A DNA stretch of 43,390 nucleotides from a virus. The stretch is taken from positions 1-43,390 of IMG/VR virus record IMGVR_UViG_3300000298_000017, one strand, 5' to 3'. The notes under the pieces are model-generated. The model worked only from the letters and a program-made list of their open reading frames with translations, did no database searches and was not told the DNA's origin. Numbering within the stretch: position 1 is the stretch's first letter; the number at the start of each line of letters is the position of its first letter. Both the position numbers and the translations under genes were made by a program. Positions 17,643-25,513 of the stretch are shown piece after piece.

Positions 17643-17871
17643 ACTCATCACCTTTTAATTTGAAAATGTTATCTGCACTACAAAGAAATTCATCACCAAT
17701 TCGATAAGAGTAACAACAGTCCACGCATTTAACTCGGATATTCTTTTTTGTAAAACCAATGATTTCAGCCTCGTACTGAACAAGTCTCGTAGTGCTACTG
17801 CCAGTTCTCATCGTGCTATAACAAACACATCTATCACCAATGTTTAACACATTTCCAAGCCTATCTTTCAT
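17629..17871 (-). CDS. Hypothetical protein, 80 aa
   Basis: Track ORF in an AT-richer segment. Contains NIGDRCVCYS, resembling IGDKVVCVLS in 18125..18283. Confidence 0.5.
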   Translation of the reverse strand: MKDRLGNVLNIGDRCVCYSTMRTGSSTTRLVQYEAEIIGFTKKNIRVKCVDCCYSYRIGDEFLCSADNIFKLKGDEYEAG

Positions 17872-18128
17872 TGTTTATTGTCTTCCTCGTCCATGCGAGC
17901 GCCGCAGTTGGGGCAGTAGTTACTCCCATAAATCGTTTTTGAATGACACACTTCACACTCATCATAACCTTCATGCTTAATCCACTTTGCGTGCATCACC
18001 TCCGCAACGTCGGCGGTGGGCTCTTTCAGCACAATATCAAACGTTGACCCAGGAAGAACATCAGCTCGCCTTTTTTCATCATACCCAAGGCTTTTTAAAA
18101 TTGCCGCCCTCTTGATGTACTCCTTCAT
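17868..18128 (-). CDS. Zinc-ribbon protein, 86 aa
   Basis: GGAGGAAACAGGA followed by ATG at 18128. C-terminal CEVCHSKTIYGSNYCPNCGARM. Confidence 0.55.
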   Translation of the reverse strand: MKEYIKRAAILKSLGYDEKRRADVLPGSTFDIVLKEPTADVAEVMHAKWIKHEGYDECEVCHSKTIYGSNYCPNCGARMDEEDNKQ

Positions 18129-18283
18129 TCCTGTTTCCTCCATGTATTGTATGGGGCATGATATAGCCTGCCGTCTCCTGTTCTAACCATAATTTGTGGT
18201 GCGCTGGCAGTAGGGGTATAAATTTTAACTATAACCCCACATACTCCACTCAGCACACAGACTACCTTATCCCCGATGTTCAT
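18125..18283 (-). CDS. Small protein, 52 aa (below the track cutoff)
   Basis: ATGA-coupled at both ends. Hand translation: MNIGDKVVCVLSGVCGVIVKIYTPTASAPQIMVRTGDGRLYHAPYNTWRKQE. Confidence 0.45.
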   Translation of the reverse strand: MNIGDKVVCVLSGVCGVIVKIYTPTASAPQIMVRTGDGRLYHAPYNTWRKQE

Positions 18284-18747
18284 CCCTGCTCCCTCCGTAG
18301 TGCGGCCTCGGCCTCTTCGCGGGTCAGCTTTTCCGCAACCGCGTCCGCAATAAATCTTGTTACAGGGTTATTGTGATAAAAACAGGTGTTCATAGCGGAT
18401 TTGAGAGCATTCTCCCCGTCTTTGTCTTTGTACCCACCACCTGGAAGCACCACGCACCGCCCTTCCTTATCCGCCTGGGCCAATTCGTGGAGACGGTCAA
18501 TAGTCATTCCTGCTTTTGTCGCCTCAATGCAGGCCAAAACAAATTGTTTGTCCAAGCCAGCCTCTAAATAAAGTTTTATAAGACGGTCAAAATCAGCCAC
18601 CTCCTCCGGCCCCAAGCCGGTGTCCTCGTAGGCGGCGAGGCGCTGAAGCAGGGCATACATATATTCGTTATCAGGGGTTATGGTTACGCCCACAAGTTCA
18701 GACGGAAAAACCACACTTCCATCAACCCTTCTTGTCAGCCGCTTCAT
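18280..18747 (-). CDS. Hypothetical protein, 155 aa
   Basis: Track ORF with protein-like composition, located in the early operon. Confidence 0.6.
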   Translation of the reverse strand: MKRLTRRVDGSVVFPSELVGVTITPDNEYMYALLQRLAAYEDTGLGPEEVADFDRLIKLYLEAGLDKQFVLACIEATKAGMTIDRLHELAQADKEGRCVVLPGGGYKDKDGENALKSAMNTCFYHNNPVTRFIADAVAEKLTREEAEAALRREQG

Positions 18748-18794
18748 GGTCAGCCCTCCCCTTCAAATATTTCAAAAACCATAACGGCATATGC

Positions 18795-19310
18795 TCACAC
18801 CTCCTTCGGGCCACGCAGCTTCAAATCTGCATCCATAAGCCCTTTAAATACGATGAATGCAACCTCTTCCATGGTTTTGTGTGACATGGATGAATCATAT
18901 TCCAGCTCATAGATCACACTCATCCGATTCGGCCTGTCTGTCCGCTTGAGCTGCATCATGGCAGCACACAGCTTTTTATTATCAGCCTCTGCCGACTCTG
19001 CTCTTGCACTGAGCTCTCCAACACTTTGCTCCATCATCATGCGGTCGTGGACTGCCTCGTCCCTCTCCCGCTTCACCTGCTCCAGCTCCGCCCGTAGCTT
19101 CTTGTTTTCGGCCTCTAAGCGGTCCGCCCGCTGGTTCTCCTTGCTCCATAGGTCTTGCCCGCTTTCACCCAGCAGAGATTTCAGTCTCTTGTTTTCGGCC
19201 TGGAGCGTGGAGAGGGCCTCGACGGCATCTTCTAAAAGGTGTGCGTCCGGGTCCTCAAGATCCTGCCATGATGGGGATCTAAGGCTGACGATTAACTTCT
19301 CAATGTCCAT
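18795..19310 (-). CDS. Coiled-coil protein, 171 aa
   Basis: ATG at 19310 overlaps the stop of the upstream gene (TAATG). Heptad-like AENKRLKSLL...EAENKKLRAELEQVKRERDE. Confidence 0.55.
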   Translation of the reverse strand: MDIEKLIVSLRSPSWQDLEDPDAHLLEDAVEALSTLQAENKRLKSLLGESGQDLWSKENQRADRLEAENKKLRAELEQVKRERDEAVHDRMMMEQSVGELSARAESAEADNKKLCAAMMQLKRTDRPNRMSVIYELEYDSSMSHKTMEEVAFIVFKGLMDADLKLRGPKEV

Positions 19311-19546
19311 TAGATATCCGCCTCCGCTGGCTGCTGGAGCCAGTTCATCCAGCCGCAAACCTCCGCACATACTCCGCCGCCCTCGTATTCGAGCCACTTT
19401 GCCAGTTCCTCGTCACTCATGGCCCGGATGCGGTCGGCGTTGGTCGGCGGTTTCTCCGGTTTCTGTATCCAGTTCCCACACGTCTCCCACCCATTCCAAT
19501 TGTGGTCACATACAGGATCACAAGCACAGTTATGGCATGTTTTCAT
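19310..19546 (-). CDS. Cys-rich hypothetical protein, 78 aa
   Basis: Product MKTCHNCACDPVCDHNW...ADRIRAMSDEELAKWL... Confidence 0.55.
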   Translation of the reverse strand: MKTCHNCACDPVCDHNWNGWETCGNWIQKPEKPPTNADRIRAMSDEELAKWLEYEGGGVCAEVCGWMNWLQQPAEADI

Positions 19547-19880
19547 GTGTCCTCCTCTCCCTCCGGCGGGCGGCGGTCAGGCAGTGCTGGAAGTGGCATC
19601 CAGTGTGTAGGCTCCCTGTCAAGCTGGGTTGCATCCCATCTCACGCGCCAGACACTTCCTGTCCACCAAACAACCGCACAATCCCCGCAGGGCAATGTGG
19701 CCTCCGCTCCTCCACGCTCACCCACTCGTTCGGCGGGGTGAGGGTGGGCTGAGTATCAACAATCTGCTCTACCACGCTCTCCAGCAATAGTGCCTCATAA
19801 TCACGCCCCTGGTCTTTCCACGCCTCCGCAATATCCCAAGCCCTACGCTTAACAGCGTCCGCATCAATCGCCCTTGCCAT
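19543..19880 (-). pseudogene. DUF551-like gene split into two overlapping frames (19641..19880 and 19543..19725)
   Basis: Frame A ends ...TPPNEWVSVEERRPH... Frame B carries ...CAVVWWTGSVWRVRWDATQLDREPTHWMPLPALP, the DUF551 C-terminal signature. The two frames differ by -1. Confidence 0.45.
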
Positions 19881-20004
19881 CTTTCAGCGCCTCCAATCTC
19901 TTGCACACAGCCCGCTCACAGTCGGACAATAGTAACCTCTCGAATAGCCACCACGGCGTAATGGTCAGAAGAATAATCCACGCTATGTCACTCAGTAATC
20001 TCAT
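19864..20004 (-). CDS. Small membrane protein, 46 aa (below the track cutoff)
   Basis: GGAGG, 6 nt, then ATG at 20004. Hand translation: MRLLSDIAWIILLTITPWWLFERLLLSDCERAVCKRLEALKDGKGD. Confidence 0.4.
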   Translation of the reverse strand: MRLLSDIAWIILLTITPWWLFERLLLSDCERAVCKRLEALKDGKGD

Positions 20005-20021
20005 GCAGCGCCTCCATCCTC

Positions 20022-20213
20022 TCACAAATATCCATTATTTTTCCGCTTTGCTGCAATGTTTGCTATTACATCCCGCAAAACAAACGCATCTATATGGCAT
20101 TTCCAATGATCCGCTCCATGCATCCGAAAAATACAGTTCTGGCAGGATGTTTGTCCTTTGCAGTAGTCAACAATGGTCTGCGCGGCATCAAGCGCTTTTT
20201 TGTTATTTATCAT
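20022..20213 (-). CDS. Hypothetical protein, 63 aa
   Basis: Track ORF that overlaps the stop of the upstream methyltransferase gene. Confidence 0.5.
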   Translation of the reverse strand: MINNKKALDAAQTIVDYCKGQTSCQNCIFRMHGADHWKCHIDAFVLRDVIANIAAKRKNNGYL

Positions 20214-20712
20214 TCCCCTCCAGCATCTCCATCTCCTCCAACTTCATGAAACAAGCCCAAAAGGTTCCCATCTTCTTCCCGCTATGGTGCCCGAATAAGG
20301 GACGATGGCCGATTGCTTTCCAAACGTCTCCTGCCGGTATGTCTGTTTCTGCCCACTTAAAAATTAAAACACCATCAGGCCTTAGAACTCGCATACACTC
20401 GCGGAAACCATCGTGGAGCATTTTGGGCCAGTCCGCCCCTAACTTCCCATATAGAGTACCAAGAAGCCCATTCCCAACACGGAGCAAATGCGGCGGGTCC
20501 CAAACAACTAATTGGAACGCATTGTCATCAAATGGCAAATGGGTAAAATCACATTGTACATCTGGTTCCACAATAATATTTTTCGTCCCACCATTCGGTG
20601 TTTTTATATGATGTTCTTCTCTCCTGCGGTCACAGTAGATTGCAGATGGATGGTGCTTATTAAACCAGATAGACCTTGCACCACAAGTCACATCAAGAAT
20701 TTTCTTTTCCAT
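20203..20712 (-). CDS. SAM-dependent DNA methyltransferase (N6-A/N4-C type, DPPH motif)
   Basis: Motif I-like ILDVTCGARSIW and motif IV VVWDPPHL. 169 aa. Confidence 0.55.
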   Translation of the reverse strand: MEKKILDVTCGARSIWFNKHHPSAIYCDRRREEHHIKTPNGGTKNIIVEPDVQCDFTHLPFDDNAFQLVVWDPPHLLRVGNGLLGTLYGKLGADWPKMLHDGFRECMRVLRPDGVLIFKWAETDIPAGDVWKAIGHRPLFGHHSGKKMGTFWACFMKLEEMEMLEGNDK

Positions 20713-20956
20713 AGATTTTCTCCATCTCCTCCGCGCTCAAAATCGGCGCACGGGTGTTCCATATCTGCCGTGCTTCTTCCAAGTCGTACCCCGCCGCCAT
20801 AAACCCACATGGGCATTCAATCATTACACATGCCATCACGGCCCTGTGCTTCGCGTCCTCACCTCTGCACCCTGGGCACGGCAGCAGCACCCCCGCCTCC
20901 GTCAGCCGTCTGGCCGCCTCTTGATCGCCGAGCAGGGCTAATTTAATATCATCCAT
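20693..20956 (-). CDS. Lar-like restriction alleviation protein
   Basis: GGGGAGG followed by ATG at 20956. Contains CPGC...ECPCG and ARQIWNTRAP, resembling the Lar-family CxxC plus WNxRA signature. Confidence 0.45.
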   Translation of the reverse strand: MDDIKLALLGDQEAARRLTEAGVLLPCPGCRGEDAKHRAVMACVMIECPCGFMAAGYDLEEARQIWNTRAPILSAEEMEKIYGKENS

Positions 20957-21548
20957 CAAAAATGCCTCCCCATTGTTCAGCCATAGCCAGTGCAAGCCCC
21001 GGAAAGGTTTTAGCACGATTTTTCTGCCGGTCTTTTCCGCCCTTCATAAACCATGTCCCTGCCTCATGGCATCCGCACGTCGGGTCAACAATGTTGCTCG
21101 GCTCCAGCGGGGGCAATCCTTTCAACCACAAACGGGTTTTCTTCTGTACCGGGTGCCCGAACATCCAGGGCTGAACCTCCTGAGTATGCGGCGGCATTTC
21201 ATAAATTCTGCTGGATACCGGGTTCTCTACGCAGATGTGAGGGCAGTCAGCGTTCAGGAATTTTAGAAAAAACTTCTTTGCTTCCAGTCCCTTTTGATAA
21301 CGTTCTTGATTCAGCACACCGCCCCGAAACAGGTGCTTTGCTCCGGCGTTTGACAGGTATGTACAAGGAGGGAATGCAAGAATCATATCCCACCGCATTT
21401 TCAGCAGTTCCAGCGCGTCACATTGGATGTGCCATTCAGGTTTTCCCCCAGAGCACGGCTCAATATCACAGCTGTACGCCTCGTGCCCCAGCGCCCGGAA
21501 CGCTTTGCATACCTCCTGAGACTCTTCACAGGCTACCAGAACTCTCAT
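20949..21548 (-). CDS. Short C5-cytosine-methyltransferase-like protein
   Basis: Contains ILAFPPCTYLSNAG (PC motif IV) and ICVENPV (ENV motif VI). The N-terminus VLVACEESQ replaces the canonical FxGxG. Only 199 aa, with no obvious target-recognition domain. Confidence 0.5.
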   Translation of the reverse strand: MRVLVACEESQEVCKAFRALGHEAYSCDIEPCSGGKPEWHIQCDALELLKMRWDMILAFPPCTYLSNAGAKHLFRGGVLNQERYQKGLEAKKFFLKFLNADCPHICVENPVSSRIYEMPPHTQEVQPWMFGHPVQKKTRLWLKGLPPLEPSNIVDPTCGCHEAGTWFMKGGKDRQKNRAKTFPGLALAMAEQWGGIFDG

Positions 21549-21587
21549 AGCTTCACCGCCTCTTTGTCGCCCAGCAGGGCGGCCTTC

Positions 21588-21971
21588 TCATCCGTCATGA
21601 TATTCTCCTCCTGGTTCCTCGATCTCGATCTCTATCCTTGGCTTTCCCTTGTCCACAGCGAAGCTGTCAGAAAATCCTTCGATATTCTCCCAGCCGTCAT
21701 TCCTCAGAACACCCATCTTCACTAAGGCGTCCTGGATAACCTTCCGGCCAAAGCTGGAGATGTTGTCCTTGTCCCGCCTCCGGTTTTTTTCCACCCAGAG
21801 GTATCGCATGAACACAGGCTCCAGCAAAGGCGTTCTGATTTGACGTCTAAGAGCTAAGATTACCGATGTCTGGCAATCCCGTTTCAGTTTTGCCCCCTTC
21901 TGCCGGTGGCCCCGTTCCGCTTCTATGTACTCGTTGAGACCAGGCAGAGAAAACGGGATGATCAGCCGCAT
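21588..21971 (-). CDS. RusA-like Holliday junction resolvase
   Basis: 127 aa with LPGLNEY...RRRDKDNISSFGRKVIQDALVKMGVLRNDGWENI, matching the RusA-type D-DN...DAL...DD pattern. Confidence 0.6.
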   Translation of the reverse strand: MRLIIPFSLPGLNEYIEAERGHRQKGAKLKRDCQTSVILALRRQIRTPLLEPVFMRYLWVEKNRRRDKDNISSFGRKVIQDALVKMGVLRNDGWENIEGFSDSFAVDKGKPRIEIEIEEPGGEYHDG

Positions 21972-22741
21972 GGTCCATCCTCCCGGTTCATGTCTTCAAG
22001 CATTCTACGCATCCGCTCCATGTTCGCCTGTGTCCGCTCCGCAGCCGAAGTCTCCGCCTGCCGGTCCGAATCCGTTACCTTGCGCCGCTTACCATTGACC
22101 CACTTGTATTCCGGCTCCTCCCCAGTCTTCCGCTTCTCTTCCTCAAGCCGGTCCACGCACCAGGACAGGATGGCCCTGTAATCGCTGGTGTAGGTCTTAC
22201 CTGTGCTGCCTTTGTAGTTGTCCAGGATCTCGATCAGCCTAGCGGTGTCGGCAGATCCATGAGTGTCAAGCAGCCTCTGGTGCTCGGCATTGGTCATGGT
22301 CACAAATTCTGCCCATTGGACCTTCGGCTCGATATCGCTCCCGTCCTTCTTCTTGCGCGCCTTACTACCCCCGTCAGGGGGTACAGATTCAGATACAGAT
22401 ACAGACTCAGATACAGATACAGCTTTTTTTGATTTTTCTTCAAAACCTAAAAAAGCATTTGGTTTTTTTGATTTCTCTGACAAACCATTTGCTTTCTTTG
22501 GCCTTCCGCCCTTTTTCCCAGCCTCCTGCCTCGCCTGAACCGTTGCCGCCCAGCGGCTTGCACACTCTTCAAAATATGACCGGTTGAAGGAGAAAGCCAT
22601 CATTACCACTGGATCATGGACATCAACAGACTCATCCATGTGATACTTGAACCACGCTTTTAAAAGCTGGCCAGCCTGCTCATCTGTGAGAAGGTCGATC
22701 TGCTCCGCCCACTCTGTCCTTACGACAAAGCTTTCCTTCAA
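21962..22741 (-). CDS. Replisome organizer / DnaD-like replication initiation protein
   Basis: 259 aa. TTG start after GGGAGGAGAGG. Central low-complexity linker (KKGGRPKKANG...SVSESVSVSESV), then AEFVTMTNAEHQRLLDTHG...YRAILSWCVDRL. Lies next to SSB and RusA. Confidence 0.5.
   Translation of the reverse strand: MKESFVVRTEWAEQIDLLTDEQAGQLLKAWFKYHMDESVDVHDPVVMMAFSFNRSYFEECASRWAATVQARQEAGKKGGRPKKANGLSEKSKKPNAFLGFEEKSKKAVSVSESVSVSESVPPDGGSKARKKKDGSDIEPKVQWAEFVTMTNAEHQRLLDTHGSADTARLIEILDNYKGSTGKTYTSDYRAILSWCVDRLEEEKRKTGEEPEYKWVNGKRRKVTDSDRQAETSAAERTQANMERMRRMLEDMNREDGPCG
22381..22500. repeat. Direct repeats and AT-rich tract inside the replisome organizer gene (candidate origin)
   Basis: TCAGATACAGATACAGAC / TCAGATACAGATACAGCT at 22389-22424, then TTTTTTGATTTTTCTTCAAAACC (22425-22447) and TTTTTTTGATTTCTCTGACAAACC (22463-22486). 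Confidence 0.6.
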
Positions 22742-22756
22742 GAGCCTCTCCTCCCA

Positions 22757-23176
22757 TCAAAACGGGAGCTTTCCATCATCGTCTGGTAACTCCTGAAAGT
22801 CATCATTATTTGGATAGCTCATGCCCCCAAAGGTCGTTGGTGCGTCATCTTTTTTCCCAGCGTCGCCAAAATAGACCTGGTCTGCCACCACCTCGGCGGA
22901 GCGGCGCTTATTTCCGTCCTTGTCCGTCCAGTCACGCATCTGGAGCCGACCCTCCACAACAGCCATACGTCCCTTAGTAAAATAGCGGCTGACAAACTCC
23001 GCCGTGTTCCGCCAGGCCACCACGTCTATCCAGTCGGTGGCTTTCTCGCCAGTCTGCTTGTCCTTAAAGTCTCGATCCACCGCCAGGCGGAAGGAGGCCA
23101 CGGGATTTCCTCCCTGAGTGTGGCGAAGCTCCGGATTTTTCGAGAGTCTTCCTTGCAGCACGATTTTATTCAGCAT
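22757..23176 (-). CDS. ssb: Single-stranded DNA-binding protein
   Basis: ATG at 23176. Product MLNKIVLQGRLSKNPELRHTQGGNPVASFRLAV..., an OB-fold pattern, with an acidic tail ending DDDGKLPF. Confidence 0.9.
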   Translation of the reverse strand: MLNKIVLQGRLSKNPELRHTQGGNPVASFRLAVDRDFKDKQTGEKATDWIDVVAWRNTAEFVSRYFTKGRMAVVEGRLQMRDWTDKDGNKRRSAEVVADQVYFGDAGKKDDAPTTFGGMSYPNNDDFQELPDDDGKLPF

Positions 23177-23669
23177 GTTTAAGCCTCTTTCTTCTAATTT
23201 TTTCCTTTGTTTCTTCTGAGTGATGAGTCCCGGTATGGTGAAATACTGTATGAGCGCCAACAGACATAAGGCATAGATTTTCAATTCTGTTGTCTGTTTT
23301 ATCCCCGTTAAGATGATGAACGCAGCATCCAGATGGAACCGGAACCCCAGTCTCTTTTTCCCACACATAGATATGCTCCATAACATATCCGCCTGCATCT
23401 GCCCTCAAATGCTCAGGCACGAGGACCTGCCGATATCCCTTTGCTGTGTATTTAACTCCGCCTTTCCAGTTGCTTGCGTTTTCACGCCTCCGTGCCTCAG
23501 ATCTGTTTATAAATTCGATGTTCTTATCTTTCCTAAGCCCGAGCTTATACGCTTTCTTATAGATTCCTTGCTTTGATTTTTCTGGGATCATACTAATAAG
23601 CACCGAATTTGATACCTTGTTATAGTTTTCCAAAAGTATGGACACTTCCCGGTCCGTCCAAGTTCTCAC
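23166..23669 (-). CDS. HNH homing-type endonuclease
   Basis: Contains CCVHHLNGDKTDNRIENLCLMSVGAHTVFH. 167 aa. The segment is visibly more AT-rich than its flanks. Confidence 0.75.
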   Translation of the reverse strand: MRTWTDREVSILLENYNKVSNSVLISMIPEKSKQGIYKKAYKLGLRKDKNIEFINRSEARRRENASNWKGGVKYTAKGYRQVLVPEHLRADAGGYVMEHIYVWEKETGVPVPSGCCVHHLNGDKTDNRIENLCLMSVGAHTVFHHTGTHHSEETKEKIRRKRLKHAE

Positions 23670-23673
23670 CGTC

Positions 23674-24018
23674 TCACCCCCATTTGTGATACCTCACTTT
23701 CTCCTCGGTCCAGTCAGGATAAAAGCCTCTGAGATAGTTGATGATGTATGCCCTGATGTCCGCCTGGGAATGGAATCCAAGAGGCCGCAGCCGATCCATA
23801 AACAGCCCCTCGTCAAAAGCGTAGTGGCAGGGGCCGCACAGGGTAACGATGTTCTCCACCACCCCCATGCCGCCCTGGGAGCGGCGCACCACATGACAGT
23901 GGGGGCCTCCCGGAGCGCCGCAGAGGATGCAGGTGGCGGGACCTTGGGTGCAGTCCCGCGCGGCCACAGCGGCCTTGACACGGGCCGGGATGTCCGTCAT
24001 TTTAGTCTGCCGGTGCAT
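23674..24018 (-). CDS. HNH endonuclease
   Basis: Contains CILCGAPGGPHCHVVRRSQGGMGVVENIVTLCGPCH (CxxC...H...N...CxxCH). Confidence 0.7.
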   Translation of the reverse strand: MHRQTKMTDIPARVKAAVAARDCTQGPATCILCGAPGGPHCHVVRRSQGGMGVVENIVTLCGPCHYAFDEGLFMDRLRPLGFHSQADIRAYIINYLRGFYPDWTEEKVRYHKWG

Positions 24019-24343
24019 GGCCCCACTCCCTTTCTATCTGTGCGTCCAGAATGCGAATCTGGAGCTTATATCCGTTTACAGCCTCCAAAGCTGATTTATA
24101 GACTACATCCGCAACGTCCCGGTTGAATTTAAGACCGGCGATGGTACGGTCTCCCCGACATACGTCAGAGATGATAGTTACAGGTGTTCCCTTCTCCCGC
24201 TCCAGCAGGATGCATTTTGCCAGCTCTACCCGATAGTCCTGCTCCGCCTGGGCATAGGCGGAGCCTCGGCTCCTTAACTCCTTAATGGCGGCATCCAGCA
24301 TCTTGAACTTCTGCCACAGCTCGTCCATCAGATTCTCTGCCAT
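24002..24343 (-). CDS. Hypothetical protein, 113 aa
   Basis: GAAGAGGTG, 6 nt, then ATG at 24343 (MAENLMDELWQKF). Lies between the Rad52-like and HNH genes. Confidence 0.55.
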   Translation of the reverse strand: MAENLMDELWQKFKMLDAAIKELRSRGSAYAQAEQDYRVELAKCILLEREKGTPVTIISDVCRGDRTIAGLKFNRDVADVVYKSALEAVNGYKLQIRILDAQIEREWGHAPAD

Positions 24344-24837
24344 ACAAAGCACCTCTTCCCGTTACACAGGATGGACAGACCTGCAATCTCCTCCCGCTCG
24401 TTGTAGACGATCTTCTCCACGGTAAAGTCGTCATAACACTTGAATTTGCCATTGTACTCCTTGATGTTGCACTTCCCGGCGGGGATACTGATTTTAGGAG
24501 CGGTATAAAGCTCTGTGCCGATGCCCCAAACAAATCCGGCCCGTTTGAGGCCATCGCTGGCCTCACCCTTCTCCGCTTCCATGTTGGACTCTGTGCCCAC
24601 ATTCCATTTCCAAACCCATACACCTGTGGAGTCCCGGACGGCGATGCCGCAGTACATCTTGCCACCAATTTCCTTGTAGTCGTTGCACCAGTTCTCCGCA
24701 CCGTATTTCTCATCCAGCAAGGCCAGGTCTATCCGAGCGGTCTTGTATAACAGCAGTTTGAGGTACTGCCCTTTCTTGTCAATCTCCGAGATGCGGCACT
24801 CGATTTCGTTCTCCGTCAGCAGTCGAAAACTCCTCAT
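24328..24837 (-). CDS. Rad52/Sak-like single-strand annealing protein
   Basis: Contains ENWCNDYKEIGGKMYCGIAV...WVWKWNVGTESNMEAEKGEASDGLKRAGFVWGIGTELYT. Gene order Gp157 - SSAP - SSB is typical. Confidence 0.6.
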   Translation of the reverse strand: MRSFRLLTENEIECRISEIDKKGQYLKLLLYKTARIDLALLDEKYGAENWCNDYKEIGGKMYCGIAVRDSTGVWVWKWNVGTESNMEAEKGEASDGLKRAGFVWGIGTELYTAPKISIPAGKCNIKEYNGKFKCYDDFTVEKIVYNEREEIAGLSILCNGKRCFVWQRI

Positions 24838-24841
24838 GCTC

Positions 24842-25327
24842 TCACCTTACCTGCATATTGGTCCGTTCCACAAGCACAGCCCCTGGGATATCAGCTCCTC
24901 CTTTAAGCAGGTCAGTAACAGCCCGCTTGTCCACCGAGGGAGCCGCATATACCACCATGTCAGGGTGTCCATTACTGTCCAGCCATTCCGCCAACGAGGT
25001 GGTATCCTCTACTTCCAGGGCAGTAGACTTCCGGTAGCTGATGGAACACCGGGCAGTCTGAAACTTCTCGCCACAAAGAGCCTCACGCAAATAGTCTTTC
25101 AGTCTGGCCGCCTTTGCCTCTGTCCGCTGCCGGCGCTCCTTCAGAACTACTTCTTCCTCCTTGATGGCCTTTGCGTCAGCAGTCAGGTTTTTGATCCACA
25201 GGGCCATATTCTCCAACTTTACTTCCCGCTCCATTTGGAGGGCGGCGAACGCATCATAGTCCATCAATTCCCCACTTTCAGGGTCTACTAGCGCCTGGAT
25301 GGCGCTGTCGATTTCATACAGTGTCAT
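24842..25327 (-). CDS. Siphovirus Gp157-like protein
   Basis: Product MTLYEIDSAIQALVD...KLENMALWIKNLTADAKAIKEEEVVLKERRQRTEAKAARLKDYL. Confidence 0.7.
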   Translation of the reverse strand: MTLYEIDSAIQALVDPESGELMDYDAFAALQMEREVKLENMALWIKNLTADAKAIKEEEVVLKERRQRTEAKAARLKDYLREALCGEKFQTARCSISYRKSTALEVEDTTSLAEWLDSNGHPDMVVYAAPSVDKRAVTDLLKGGADIPGAVLVERTNMQVR

Positions 25328-25339
25328 CTGATTACCTCC

Positions 25340-25513
25340 TCAAAACATAAATCCTGCCAGCAGGGAGCACATAAAGATCATGCTAGACACCACCAGGCAC
25401 CGCCTCACAATGCGGTTCATGCGTGCCTCACGCTCCCGGCGGCACTGATAGCAATATTCTCTAGCGTCGTGGTTTCGCTCCACCAGAGAGCGTCCGTCCT
25501 CAATGTACTTCAT
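25340..25513 (-). CDS. Small membrane protein, 57 aa
   Basis: GGAGGAAAAGA followed by ATG at 25513. C-terminal hydrophobic segment CLVVSSMIFMCSLLAGFMF. Confidence 0.5.
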   Translation of the reverse strand: MKYIEDGRSLVERNHDAREYCYQCRREREARMNRIVRRCLVVSSMIFMCSLLAGFMF

